DNA of 58,895 nt, counting the filler. It is 4 parts of 4 records of this genome, joined end to end, with 100 filler letters (N's around TTAATTAATTAA, not from the genome) between each part and the next. Parts side by side here need not be neighbours in the genome. Positions count along the whole stretch, not along the records: positions 9,617 to 28,852 come from SRR20825006_2210; 3 more parts are not named here. One strand, given 5' to 3'. Position numbers and translations under genes: made by a program. Shown here in pieces: positions 14,239 through 24,467 of this stretch. The notes beneath the pieces were generated by a model that was given only the letters and a program-made list of their open reading frames with translations, ran no database searches and was not told the origin of the DNA. Positions within the stretch are counted from its first letter, which is position 1. Every line of letters starts with the position of its first letter.

Positions 14239-14631
14239 TCAACGGCATCCATCCGACACTGCCGAACCGGCCTCCGTGTCGAAACGCTGACGTGCGCTTG
14301 CGATCTTGGGAAGGTTCTCGATTACCCATCCGCCGAGCGCCCTGATCGGCACGACCATTTCCTTGCCGAGATCAGTTAGCGCATATTCGACACTCGCCGG
14401 CTTCGTCGGATACACGGTCCGCGTGACAAGGCTGTCCCGTTCCAGCGCAGGAAGCGTGAGCGTCAACATTTTCTGCGATATCCCTCCAACAGAGCGCCAA
14501 AGCTCGCTGAACCGTTTGGGGGGCGCTTCCAATTCCATAACGACCTGGATCGCCCACTTGTCGCCAATCCGCGACAATGTCTCGGTCAGTGGATTGCAGG
14601 GCCGAGTTTCCTGAATGGTGCCTTGTTTCAA
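14239..14631 (-). CDS. HxlR-family winged-helix regulator
   Basis: IGDKW, KRFSEL, GISQKMLT, RTVYPTKP..VEYALT. Confidence 0.88.
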   Translation of the reverse strand: MKQGTIQETRPCNPLTETLSRIGDKWAIQVVMELEAPPKRFSELWRSVGGISQKMLTLTLPALERDSLVTRTVYPTKPASVEYALTDLGKEMVVPIRALGGWVIENLPKIASARQRFDTEAGSAVSDGCR

Positions 14632-14691
14632 AAAGGTGCCTCCTTGGCGACCTTCGATGCTCTCCAGTGTATACCATATAACAAAATGAAA

Positions 14692-15327
14692 TCACTTATT
14701 CGAGGTGCAAGGATTGGAAGCGATCATATGAGGCAGGTAGTCCTCATCACCGGCGGCACCATGGGCATTGGTCTGGGACTCGCGGAAGCGTTTCTCGCAC
14801 CCAATGTAAAGATCAATCGCAACGCGCAGGCCTTGGACCTTAGTGCGTGCTGGTGGATGCCGACCGTCGGCAACCAGCACGCGGGTGCGCTCCAGCGTCG
14901 ATAGAAGGGCGGCTTTGTTGCCTTGCTCACTGTCGAACAGCGCCTGCTCGGCCTGTTCCTCGGTGCCGTTCGGCACTGCGTCGCGCGGACCTAGGTAGCA
15001 GTAGAACCGTAGATGCAGCGCGCCGGTGTCGTCTTTGACGATCTCATTTATGATGGCGCCTTCGCGCAGGCCGGTGACCTGAAAGAGGGTGACCTTGCGC
15101 CGGGGCTCCAGCACGATGATCTCGCGCAGATCTTTGCCACCGATGGTGGCGTCGTGGACGAAATGCGTGGCGCTTTCCTCGGTCACGTCGCGGCGGGTGC
15201 AAAGACCTGCGGGCAGAAATTCGTGGGCATCACGCGTTTTCAACTCCAGCCCCGCCCAGACCTGGTCGAGGGTGAGTTTTGCTTTGCCTTCGGGGTTCAC
15301 GGGCACGGTGGCGGTCGAATAGATCAT
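14692..15327 (-). CDS. SRPBCC/DUF1857 (AtaL-like) protein with apparent read-through tail
   Basis: PVNP...LTLDQVWAGLELK...KAALLSTLERTR family pattern. After about ADGR the frame continues antisense through the SDR stub. Confidence 0.65.
   Translation of the reverse strand: MIYSTATVPVNPEGKAKLTLDQVWAGLELKTRDAHEFLPAGLCTRRDVTEESATHFVHDATIGGKDLREIIVLEPRRKVTLFQVTGLREGAIINEIVKDDTGALHLRFYCYLGPRDAVPNGTEEQAEQALFDSEQGNKAALLSTLERTRVLVADGRHPPARTKVQGLRVAIDLYIGCEKRFRESQTNAHGAAGDEDYLPHMIASNPCTSNK
14728..14800 (+). pseudogene. SDR N-terminal stub
   Basis: MRQVVLITGGTMGIGLGLAEAFLA is a Rossmann start. Similarity is then lost as it runs into the convergent gene. Confidence 0.65.
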
Positions 15328-15349
15328 GAGTTTGGTCCTTTGGTGCGGA

Positions 15350-15700
15350 TATGCCCTGTTGATGCTGAGCGCCCGTTGGGTCGACCCCCGCGAAAGCGTG
15401 TGGACCCTGCTTGTGTATCTGACCTGAGCGCGGGTGTTGCTGATCGTGCCGTTCGTCTGGATTCCTGTCCCGGTGGGCGATTTGTGGCTGTTCGCCGGGA
15501 TGATGATGACACAGGCCTTCCGCCTCGCCCCTGCGGTCGTGGTAGCGACGCTGGATTACACTGCCCTCCTCTGGGCCACGTTCTTTGGATGGCTCATCTG
15601 GCGCGAGAACCCGGACGCGATAACATTCCTCGGCGCGGCGATCATCATCGCAAGCGGCGTCTTCACTATCCTGCGCGAACAGAGACAAGCCGGTTCATAG
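15350..15700 (+). pseudogene. DMT/EamA transporter 3' fragment
   Basis: YALLMLSARWVDPRESVWTLLVYLT, then stop/shift, then TQAFRLAPAVVVATLDYTALLWATFFGWLIWRENPD. No 5' half. Confidence 0.75.
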
Positions 15701-15731
15701 AGTACCGAGTAAAGGAAAACGGAGTGTGGAC

Positions 15732-15905
15732 ATGGTCTCATCTTTTGAGGCCTCGAAAGCGATAGAGATCCAGCCCGCAACCTGAGCTGATTTCGAAACC
15801 CTCATGGGCGGGAAAGGGGGCTGCGGCGGCTGCCGGTGCATGTTGTGGCGGCGTACAGCCAAGGAGATGGAGGCGGGGAAAGCCGAGCGGTCTGATAGGT
15901 GCTAA
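15732..15905 (+). pseudogene. GNAT acetyltransferase 5' remnant with in-frame stop
   Basis: GGAG + ATG 15732. Reads MVSSFEASKAIEIQPAT*ADFETLMGGKGGCGGCRCMLWRR, with TGA where W is expected. CxxCxC-type N-terminus. Confidence 0.55.
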
Positions 15906-16032
15906 TCTCACCTTCAATCGTCCGTCTTTTTGTTGGCGGGGCTCTGTACAAAAATGTCGGAAGCTTGGGGCTCAGGTCATCGACAAGGTATTCCGATCGG
16001 CCATCGCTCTCGCTGATATCGCCACGTATTGG

Positions 16033-17112
16033 TTATGGCTCCTGCCCCGAAGATGAGGCGTTCTTGCGTTTCTCATAGGCGTCGATCATGCGGATGATCC
16101 ATGGGATATTCGGCATGAAGATGAAAATCCTTGTGAGCTGAAACGCCGTCACAAGTGCCAGATCGATACTGAGATATTTGGCCGTCAGCGCCATTTCCGT
16201 GACGCCGCCGGGGGCCGCGCCCAGTACCAGAACGTCCCATTGCTGTCCGGTCATCCAGGCCATGCCGATGGCCAGCACCGAGACAAGGCCCAGCAGCAAG
16301 ATCGTGCTGGTCAGGATGGTGATCAACTGGCGCTTTTGATTGACGAAGAGGTCATGTCGAAAGGTGCTGCCCAGCCATGTGCCCAGGATGATCTGCGCCA
16401 GTGACAGCATTTCGGGCGGAAAGCCCGTGGGATGCAGTCCGATGGCGCTGGCCGCCGAGGAAAAGGTCAGCGGCCCAAGAAAATAGGGATTGGACAGCCG
16501 CAGGCGTTTGAACAGCAGCGCGCCGGTGATGGCGAGAAGCGCCAGAAACCCGTTGCCGAGCAGATCGAAGGTGCCACCACGCACCACGCCAGCGCGATCC
16601 GGCCAGCCGTCCATGGCAAAGACCGCGATCGGGACAAGGATCACCACGGCGGCGATGCGCGTGGTCTGGGCCAGAATGACCGGGGCGGGATCGCAATTGT
16701 GCCGCTCTGCCATGATCGCGGCTTCGACCGGGCTGGTTGGAAAGGTCGAGAGGAAGGCCTGCGACAGGCTGATATTGGTGCTGCGGGCGAGGAGAAGCGC
16801 GACAAACCCGGCACAGGCGGCCGAGCTCAGCGCCATGCCGATCATGATCGGGGCCAGCCCGATGAGGGCGGCCAGCGCGGCAGGCGTAAACGCCAACCCG
16901 ACCTGCGCCGCGATGGTCATCTGGCCGAAGGGACGGGTCTTGACCGGGACGGCAATCTTGAGCAGGCCGGAGACAGAGAGAGCCGCGGAGAGGACCAGCG
17001 GCCCGATCATCCAGGGCAGGGGGATGCCGATGCGGGAAAAGATCCACCCGGCAAGGCTTGCTACCGCATAAAGAGCAGCGAGTGTGAACATGTCTTTGGT
17101 GCGGAGCGACAC
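16033..17112 (-). CDS. AbrB-family membrane protein
   Basis: Duplicated hydrophobic halves, IPLPWMIGPL, APGGVTEMALTA. Confidence 0.88.
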   Translation of the reverse strand: MSLRTKDMFTLAALYAVASLAGWIFSRIGIPLPWMIGPLVLSAALSVSGLLKIAVPVKTRPFGQMTIAAQVGLAFTPAALAALIGLAPIMIGMALSSAACAGFVALLLARSTNISLSQAFLSTFPTSPVEAAIMAERHNCDPAPVILAQTTRIAAVVILVPIAVFAMDGWPDRAGVVRGGTFDLLGNGFLALLAITGALLFKRLRLSNPYFLGPLTFSSAASAIGLHPTGFPPEMLSLAQIILGTWLGSTFRHDLFVNQKRQLITILTSTILLLGLVSVLAIGMAWMTGQQWDVLVLGAAPGGVTEMALTAKYLSIDLALVTAFQLTRIFIFMPNIPWIIRMIDAYEKRKNASSSGQEP

Positions 17113-17231
17113 GGGAAATTCCTTGGAAATGAAGGGGCGGTCAATGCCGGGACGCGTGGCGAGACCTGTAACGGGTTGTATGGCGGGTCAGTGGCGAAAA
17201 ATGGGAGTGCGCCATGGCGCTTGCCGGGGCT

Positions 17232-17633
17232 CTAAGGCGCGTTTGGCAAATGTTCGACCGGGATCGGTTTGCCGTCAGGGTCGAGCGCGACGAAAACAAA
17301 ATTTGCTTCGGTGACCTTCTCAATGAAACGGGCTTCGCGCGGGCGGCGCCAGGCACCGACATGGATGGTCATGGATGTTTTTCCGACCTTGATCAGTGAG
17401 GCATAGAGCGAGACCTCATCCCCAACCTTGACCGGGCGGTGAAAGATCATGCCATCGACCGCAATCGTGGCGCTGCGCCCACCGGAGGTGAAGGCCGCAA
17501 TGGCGCCGGCGGCGAGGTCCATCTGGCTCATCAGCCAGCCGCCGAAAATATCACCCGCCGGGTTGGTATCGGCCGGCATGGCGATGGTGCGAATGGTCGG
17601 GTTTCCGGTGGGGGGTTGGTCTGAGCCACCCAT
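17232..17633 (-). CDS. Acyl-CoA thioesterase (YciA-like hotdog fold)
   Basis: AMPADTNPAGDIFGGWLMSQMD. AGAGGA RBS before ATG 17633. Confidence 0.92.
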   Translation of the reverse strand: MGGSDQPPTGNPTIRTIAMPADTNPAGDIFGGWLMSQMDLAAGAIAAFTSGGRSATIAVDGMIFHRPVKVGDEVSLYASLIKVGKTSMTIHVGAWRRPREARFIEKVTEANFVFVALDPDGKPIPVEHLPNAP

Positions 17634-17818
17634 GATGCGTTGTCCTCTTGCGTGACTGGAGGCCGGCCAGCGGTCTGTCCTCACGAGATTATTTTCTGTC
17701 ATCATACTTAATCCGGGGCTGGCCTGAACCCAACCAATGGTTTGGTCACGGCAAACCGGCGGCGCAGTATACAGGCGGAAATTGCCGCTTGGCGACATTT
17801 GCGAAGAAGGGGAGACGC

Positions 17819-19771
17819 ATGGCTGAGGTAACTGTCGACGTAAGGGATGGGCTTGGCTGGGTCACCATCGACAACCCACCGGTGAACGCCCTAGGGCGCG
17901 CCGTGCGGCAGGGGCTTTGGGACGCGGTGGCCACGCTGCGCGACGCGGACGTGCGGGCGGTGGTACTGACCGGGGCCGGGCGTGCCTTTGTGGCCGGGGC
18001 GGATATCCGCGAGCTCGGTCAAACACCAGTCGAGCCCTATCTTCCTGACGTTCTGGCCGCGATTGCAGATGCACCGGTACCGTGGATCGCGGCGATCAAT
18101 GGGCTGGCGCTTGGCGGTGGTCTCGAAGTGGCGATGGCCTGTCATGCACGTATTGCGGCCCCCTCGGCCAAGCTGGGCCTGCCGGAAGTCAATATCGGCA
18201 TCATTCCCGGCTCCGGCGGCACGGTGCGCCTTCCGCGTCTGGTGTCGATGGCCACGGCAATCAAACTGGTGACCAGTGGCAAGCCGATCGGCGCGCAAGA
18301 GGCGCTGGAGAGCGGGTTGGTGGATCGCCTTGGTGAGGGGGACCTGCTGGCCGAGGCCACCGCAATGGCGAAGGATCTGGCGGCGTCGGGCCGTCCCGAA
18401 CCAGCGCTCGCGCGCGATCTGGTGGCGGGAGATCCCATCGACTGGGACGCGCAGGCGGCTCAGCTGCGCAAACGCAGTCGGGGGGCTGTGGCCCCGCTTG
18501 AGGCGCTGGCCTCGCTGAAATGCGCCGCCAGAGACCCTGTCGAGGTGGCGTTGGCGGGCGAGCGGGAGCGGTTCCTGTGGTTGGCGGCCTCAGAAGAGGC
18601 GGCGGCGCTGCGGCATGTGTTCTTTGCAGAACGCGGTGCGGGTCAGGCGCTGAAACAGGCCGAGGCAGTCCCTGCCGACCTGTCGCGCGTCGGTGTGATC
18701 GGCGGCGGCACCATGGGGGCGGGGATCGCCACGGCACTGCTGCTCGCCGGCTCATATGTCTGTCTGATCGAACGCGACGATGCCGCAGCTCAGACCGCCA
18801 AGACACGCGTGGCCGACACCATCGCTGCCAGCGTCAAACGTGGCGCTATCGCTGCCACCAAGGGCGAGTCCGCACTGGCCCGCCTAGGCACCGATACGGA
18901 GTATGCGGCGCTGCGAGATTGCCCGCTGGTGATCGAAGCTGTTTTTGAGGACATGGGGGTCAAACGCGAGGTCTTTACCAAGCTGGACGCAGTGATGCCC
19001 GCCGAGGCGATCTTGGCCACCAACACCTCTTACCTTGACGTGAACTTGCTCGCGGAGACGACAAAGGACCCTTCGCGCATACTCGGGCTGCATTTCTTTT
19101 CGCCCGCCCATGTGATGAAATTGCTCGAAGTGGTGCGCGGCGAGGCCACGGGGGCGCGGGCGCTGGCGACCGGCGGGGCCTTGGCCAAGCTCCTGCGCAA
19201 GATCCCGGTGGTGGCCGGGGTCTGCGACGGGTTCATCGGCAACCGGATCATGGCGGCTTACCGGCGCGATTGCGAGTTCATGCTCGAAGAGGGCGCCTTG
19301 CCGCATCAGATCGACGCTGCGATGCAGGGCTTTGGCTTTGCCATGGGGATCTACGCCGTGCAGGACATGAGCGGGCTCGACATCGCATGGGCGCAGCGCA
19401 GGGCGCGCGCGCCGCATCGTGCCCCAGAGGAGCGTTATGCCCATATCGCCGACCGTCTGTGTGAGGCCGGGCGGCTGGGGCGCAAGACCGGCAAAGGCTG
19501 GTATGACTATGCCTCTGGCGAGGCTGAGGTGGCCCCGGAGGTCACAGGGATCATCGAGGAAGAAAGCGCGAAGGCGGGTCGGACCCGCAAGGTGTTCACC
19601 GAGCAAGAGATCATCACGCGCATCCTTGCCACCATGCAACGCGAAGGGCAGGCGGTTCTGCGCGAGGGCATCGCCGAGAGTGCGGACGATATCGATGTGG
19701 TGATGATCACGGGCTACGGCTTTCCGCGTCACAAGGGCGGGCCGATGTATATGGCGCGCTGCGCGGACTGA
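17819..19771 (+). CDS. Bifunctional enoyl-CoA hydratase / 3-hydroxyacyl-CoA dehydrogenase
   Basis: GGGLEVA and GLPEV (both Glu present), GGGTMGAGI, ATNTS, HFFSPA. RBS GGAG before ATG 17819. Confidence 0.93.
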   Translation: MAEVTVDVRDGLGWVTIDNPPVNALGRAVRQGLWDAVATLRDADVRAVVLTGAGRAFVAGADIRELGQTPVEPYLPDVLAAIADAPVPWIAAINGLALGGGLEVAMACHARIAAPSAKLGLPEVNIGIIPGSGGTVRLPRLVSMATAIKLVTSGKPIGAQEALESGLVDRLGEGDLLAEATAMAKDLAASGRPEPALARDLVAGDPIDWDAQAAQLRKRSRGAVAPLEALASLKCAARDPVEVALAGERERFLWLAASEEAAALRHVFFAERGAGQALKQAEAVPADLSRVGVIGGGTMGAGIATALLLAGSYVCLIERDDAAAQTAKTRVADTIAASVKRGAIAATKGESALARLGTDTEYAALRDCPLVIEAVFEDMGVKREVFTKLDAVMPAEAILATNTSYLDVNLLAETTKDPSRILGLHFFSPAHVMKLLEVVRGEATGARALATGGALAKLLRKIPVVAGVCDGFIGNRIMAAYRRDCEFMLEEGALPHQIDAAMQGFGFAMGIYAVQDMSGLDIAWAQRRARAPHRAPEERYAHIADRLCEAGRLGRKTGKGWYDYASGEAEVAPEVTGIIEEESAKAGRTRKVFTEQEIITRILATMQREGQAVLREGIAESADDIDVVMITGYGFPRHKGGPMYMARCAD

Positions 19772-20043
19772 CGGCCAACACACGGCGTGGGCCTCCGAAC
19801 TTGTGTTCGCGCCCAAACAGCTATCCCTGACGGACGGAGGCTACCCGTTTGGGACAGCGGAGTGCCCTCAGTAGCTTCGGTTGTCTGTTTAACGTTCAGA
19901 AATTTAAAGAAAAAAACAAGGCAAACCCGAGGAAGGCCTAAGACTAACAAATACTTAGTTCACGGCGGCCACCCTGAAGCGCGATGGTAAAGAGGAGGAA
20001 TATTGCCGGGGCGCGAACTCGTGACCTGGCGAGGGAGGAAAAT

Positions 20044-20544
20044 ATGGAAGACTACAAGAATGCCCTTGGCTGGCGGCTGCGGTGGGATGCCCTGCGCGGC
20101 TCTTTGCCAGTGTTGGACTTGCTGGGTTGTGCGGCCCTTCTGGTCGTGTTCTGGCAGTATTTTTCGCAGGCATCCGCCCTGCCACAACCGCTGAACAAGA
20201 TCGATATCGGTGCGGGTGGCTTTCCGACCCTACTGGCCATAGCGACCCTAATCGCCATTGTCGCCGTGGCCGTGGCGGCCGTCATACGTATGCTCGATCC
20301 GGTGCCGGTCACCTGGGTTTCGATCCGGCGGCCATTCTATGTTCTGGCGACGGTTGGGCTGCTCTTCTTGCAATCGATCTATTTCGAGAAACTGGGCGCT
20401 TTGCCGAGTGTGTTGATCTTTGCCCTGCTGACGATGCTGGCCTGCGGTGAACGCCGCCCACTGCATCTGATCGGCGTGCCGCTCGCCCTCGCTGCCTTTA
20501 TCTACGTCGTCTTTAACCTGGCGCTTGACGTCAACTTGCCCTGA
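20044..20544 (+). CDS. tctB: Tripartite tricarboxylate transporter small subunit TctB
   Basis: Four hydrophobic segments, IGAGGFP, ends YVVFNLALDVNLP. Adjacent to tctA. Confidence 0.85.
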   Translation: MEDYKNALGWRLRWDALRGSLPVLDLLGCAALLVVFWQYFSQASALPQPLNKIDIGAGGFPTLLAIATLIAIVAVAVAAVIRMLDPVPVTWVSIRRPFYVLATVGLLFLQSIYFEKLGALPSVLIFALLTMLACGERRPLHLIGVPLALAAFIYVVFNLALDVNLP

Positions 20545-20554
20545 GGAACCTAAA

Positions 20555-22051
20555 ATGTTTGAGAGTCTTGCAATCGGCTTTTCCGCGTTCGGCGATCCCA
20601 TGGTCTGGTTTGCCCTCGTTTTCGGCGCGTTGGTGGGGTATCTGATCGGGGCCATTCCCGGCCTTGGTCCCAGCCTTGGTGTCGCGCTGCTGATCCCGTT
20701 CACCTATGGCATGGATCCGGTGGTCTCTATCGTCGGTCTGGTCGCGCTTTATGCGGCTGCCGAGTATGGCGGTGCGATCACCGCGATCCTGATCAATTCG
20801 CCGGGGACTGCGGCGGCCGTGGCGACCTCTTGGGACGGCTACCCGCTGACGCAACAAGGCCGCACGGGCGAGGCGCTGACAGTCTCGATCCTGTCCTCTG
20901 GCGCGGGTATCTTTATCTCGACGCTGTTCCTGATCATCACGGCGGTTCCACTGTCGGAATTCGCGTTGCGCTTTGGGCCTGGCGAGTATTTCGCGCTGGC
21001 GCTTGTCGGGCTGAGCCTTGTGGCGGGCCTGTCGGAAGGCTCGCCTCTGAAAGGCACTGTCGCCATGGGGATTGGCCTTGCGCTGGCCACCATCGGGTTG
21101 GATGTTCAAACCGGCGTGCCGCGCTTTACCATGGGCAATCCGGAGTTCTTCGAGGGTTTGCCGCTGGTGCCTGTCCTCCTGGGCCTCTACGCCCTGTCCG
21201 AGGTTCTGTTCATGATCGAGGACGGCCCGTCAGAAAAGGTGAAAAGCGCGCCGATCGGCGGCCTGCTGGCGCTGCCGGTCAAGACCATCTTTGGCCTCAA
21301 GACACCAATCATTCGTAGTTCGGTGCTTGGCTACGTGATCGGCGTGATCCCCGGTGCGGGCGCATCCATCGCGTCCTTCGTGTCCTACGCCGTGTCCAAG
21401 CGCCTGTCGAAAACGCCCGAGAAATTCGGCAAAGGATCGCTGGAAGGTGTGGCCTCGTCAGAGGCGGCGAATAACTCCGCCGTGGCCGGAGCGATGGCGC
21501 CGCTGCTGGCGCTTGGCATTCCCGGATCGCCGACCACGGCAATCATGATCGGTGCGCTCATGGTGCAGGGCATCCAGCCCGGACCGCTGCTGTTCGCCAA
21601 ATCGCCCGAGATTCCCTATACCATCTTTGCCTCCCTCTGGGTGGGTGTGCCGGTGATGGTGCTGATCGGCCTTGCCGGGGCCAGGATCTGGGCCAAGGTC
21701 GCGAATATCCCGCGTCCTGCGATCGCCGCGATCGTCGCTGGCATCTGCTATGTCGGTGCCTATGCGTCGCACACCACGATGTTCCCGGTCCATATCATGA
21801 CGGCCTTTGGCGTCTTGGGCTACATCCTGCGCAAGCTTGAGATCCCTCTGGCCCCGATCATCCTTGCGTTGGTTCTAGGCGAGATGATGGAGACCAATTT
21901 CCGCCGTGCGCTGATTTCAAACAAGGGCGAGTGGTCGATCTTCTATACCTCGCCGATGACCGTGATCCTGATCGCGATCGCCGTCCTGGCCTTTGTTTTG
22001 CCGGCTCTGTCTCAGCTGCGCGCACGTCGCGCCAAAGCGAAAACAGTTTGA
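20555..22051 (+). CDS. tctA: Tripartite tricarboxylate transporter permease TctA
   Basis: GAIPGLG, YGGAITAILINSPG, DGYPL, EAANNS, LGIPGS. Confidence 0.95.
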   Translation: MFESLAIGFSAFGDPMVWFALVFGALVGYLIGAIPGLGPSLGVALLIPFTYGMDPVVSIVGLVALYAAAEYGGAITAILINSPGTAAAVATSWDGYPLTQQGRTGEALTVSILSSGAGIFISTLFLIITAVPLSEFALRFGPGEYFALALVGLSLVAGLSEGSPLKGTVAMGIGLALATIGLDVQTGVPRFTMGNPEFFEGLPLVPVLLGLYALSEVLFMIEDGPSEKVKSAPIGGLLALPVKTIFGLKTPIIRSSVLGYVIGVIPGAGASIASFVSYAVSKRLSKTPEKFGKGSLEGVASSEAANNSAVAGAMAPLLALGIPGSPTTAIMIGALMVQGIQPGPLLFAKSPEIPYTIFASLWVGVPVMVLIGLAGARIWAKVANIPRPAIAAIVAGICYVGAYASHTTMFPVHIMTAFGVLGYILRKLEIPLAPIILALVLGEMMETNFRRALISNKGEWSIFYTSPMTVILIAIAVLAFVLPALSQLRARRAKAKTV

Positions 22052-22167
22052 CCAAGTTTCGAGTCCCCGTTGCCTGACAAACGCTCAGTTCACTCAGGCG
22101 ACGGGAAGGCCGACACTGTTCAAAGACGGTAACGTCAAAAGTTGTAAGACTTAAGGGAGGAAAACGA

Positions 22168-23157
22168 ATGACGATCAGCAATCTCAAGAAACTGGTCCTG
22201 GGTGTCGCTGGCGCAGCGGCCCTGACTTTGGGTGGCGTCCAGAATGCAGCCGCCGGGGACTGGGCGCCAGATGCGCCGGTCAACATGATCCTGCACACCA
22301 AGCCCGGCGGTGGCGTGGATGTGTACAGTCGAACGCTGGCCAAGGAACTTGAGCCGATCATCGGCCAGTCCATCGTGGTCGTGAATGCACCCGGCGGTGG
22401 CGGCGCCACCCAGATGGCCAAGATCCGGGCGGCCAAGCCCGACGGGCTTACCCTGGGCGTCAACACCGTGACCCATCTGACCGGCATGCAGACCAACCTG
22501 CGCGGCACGTTTTCACCTGATGATTTCGATTGGATCGCCCTGTCGCAGGTCGACCCGATCCTGTTTTTCGTATCCAAGGAGTCCGAGTTGAACTCGATCA
22601 CCGATCTGGTTGAGCTTGCCAAAGCCAACGGCGGTGCCGTCAATATCGCCGGGTTCGGTCCGGTCGGTTCGATGCAGAACATCGGCATGGCCATGCTGGA
22701 AAAATCGGCTGGCGTGACGTTCAACTGGGTGGCGCACCAATCGACCCCCGACATCATCGCCGCCGTTCTGGGCGGGCATATGGATGTGGGAGTCGCCAAC
22801 CTCGGTCCGGCGCTCGAGTTCTTCGAAGCAGACCGTCTGAAAGGTCTTGGTGTTCTGGGCGACAACCGCTTGTCGACGCTGCCCGACATGCAGACCTTTG
22901 GCGAGCAGGGCTATGATGTCGACACCAGTTGGCTGCAAATCCGCGGTGTCTTTGGTCCAAAGGATATGCCCGAAGAACTGCAACAGCAGATCGCCGACGC
23001 CATCCACAAAGCCATGGCCAGTGAGAGCTACCAGACCTATGCCCGTGCTTCTGGCGTTCAGGACAGCGATTACGGTCCAAAGGAATATTCGGCCTTCATC
23101 AAACAGATGAGTTCTGTGGCCGAAGAACAGCTCAAGGCAGCTGGCATCATCGAGTGA
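22168..23157 (+). CDS. tctC: TTT substrate-binding protein TctC/Bug
   Basis: Signal peptide, PGGGVD..SR, VVNAPGGGG, KPDGLTL. Confidence 0.92.
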   Translation: MTISNLKKLVLGVAGAAALTLGGVQNAAAGDWAPDAPVNMILHTKPGGGVDVYSRTLAKELEPIIGQSIVVVNAPGGGGATQMAKIRAAKPDGLTLGVNTVTHLTGMQTNLRGTFSPDDFDWIALSQVDPILFFVSKESELNSITDLVELAKANGGAVNIAGFGPVGSMQNIGMAMLEKSAGVTFNWVAHQSTPDIIAAVLGGHMDVGVANLGPALEFFEADRLKGLGVLGDNRLSTLPDMQTFGEQGYDVDTSWLQIRGVFGPKDMPEELQQQIADAIHKAMASESYQTYARASGVQDSDYGPKEYSAFIKQMSSVAEEQLKAAGIIE

Positions 23158-23237
23158 TGTCTCGCTCCTCGGTCTCTCCGCCAGACGATGGGGAGGCCAA
23201 TCCAAGACGATTTTCTATTTTCAAAAGGGTGTCCACC

Positions 23238-24467
23238 ATGACCGGCGCATTCACTGGCCTGCGGGTTATCGATACGACGCATGTCCTTGCGGGGCCATAT
23301 GCAAGCTACCAGATGGCGTTGCTCGGCGCAGAAGTGATAAAGATCGAAGCTCCGAAAGAGCCTGATCAGGCACGCTTCAATGGCACCGACCGCGATCTCG
23401 TGCGCGCCGCGATGGGGACAGCCTTCCTCGCGCAGGGAGCGGGCAAAAAGGCGTTGGCGCTGGATCTTAAATTCGAGGCCGGGCGCGATGCCGTACTGCG
23501 GCTGGCCGAGACGGCGGATGTTTTTGTCGAAAATTACCGCCCCGGCGCGTTCAAGGGCCTTGGCCTTGGCTACGAAGATCTCGCCGCCGTCAATCCACGT
23601 CTGATCTATTGCTCTGTCTCTGCCTTCGGTGCCACCGGCCCGCGCCGGCGTCAGACTGGTTATGACAATGTGATCCAGGCGTTTTCGGGCATCATGGACA
23701 TGACCGGCCATGGAGATGACCGCCCGCTGAAATGCGGCGCGCCCGTCGTGGACTATGCCACGGGCCTCACCGCCGCCTTCGCGATTTCCGCCGCGCTGTT
23801 TCAGCGTGAGCGCACCGGGAAGGGGCAGAGTATCGAGGTCTCGATGCTCGATGTCGCAATGACCCTGATGACCGCGCCCGCGACGGATTTCCTCTGGACC
23901 GGCAAGCATCCCAAGGCCAAGGGCAACTCTTACGCCTTTGCCACATTGGGCATGTATCAGGCCGCCGATGGGCCCCTGATGATCGCGGCGTCGAACCTGC
24001 GTCAACAACGGCGCCTCTGGATCGGGCTGGGTCGCGAGGATCTGGTCAAGACGGACAACCTTGCGCGGATCGACGATTACAAGACCGAGAATGCGGTGTT
24101 GGCCTCGATTATTGAGACCATGCCCGCCGCCTATTGGGAAGACTTCTTCAACGAACGGCGCGTGCCTGCGTCTCGTATCCGCCGCCTCGAAGAGGCGCTC
24201 GGCGATCCGCAGGCCAGGGCGCGCGCACAATTCCTGAAATTGGCCGACCCGAGCGGGCGACTGGAGGGGCTAAGGGTGCCTTCGGTAGCGTTTCGAATGT
24301 CACAGTCCGAGACAGGCGTCAGCCTGCCGCCACAGCCAGTGGGGGCGCAGACGTCCGAGATCCTGCGTTCGATCGGGCTTGGCGATGACGAAATCGAGGC
24401 GCTTTGCCTTGCCGGCCTGGCGCTTCAGGCGTCTGAACCGAAAGTTGCGGGAACGGTAGGACAATGA
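23238..24467 (+). CDS. Class III CoA-transferase (CaiB/BaiF)
   Basis: LAGPYA..LGAEVIKIE, ENYRPG, GYDNVIQA, catalytic-position Asp in PVVDYATG. Confidence 0.93.
   Translation: MTGAFTGLRVIDTTHVLAGPYASYQMALLGAEVIKIEAPKEPDQARFNGTDRDLVRAAMGTAFLAQGAGKKALALDLKFEAGRDAVLRLAETADVFVENYRPGAFKGLGLGYEDLAAVNPRLIYCSVSAFGATGPRRRQTGYDNVIQAFSGIMDMTGHGDDRPLKCGAPVVDYATGLTAAFAISAALFQRERTGKGQSIEVSMLDVAMTLMTAPATDFLWTGKHPKAKGNSYAFATLGMYQAADGPLMIAASNLRQQRRLWIGLGREDLVKTDNLARIDDYKTENAVLASIIETMPAAYWEDFFNERRVPASRIRRLEEALGDPQARARAQFLKLADPSGRLEGLRVPSVAFRMSQSETGVSLPPQPVGAQTSEILRSIGLGDDEIEALCLAGLALQASEPKVAGTVGQ

Noticed and set aside
16033..17112. Ammonia monooxygenase or AbrB transcription factor annotation
   Set aside because: Legacy names for this membrane family. 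No amoCAB genes or DNA-binding domain are seen, and it commonly accompanies Tct transporters.
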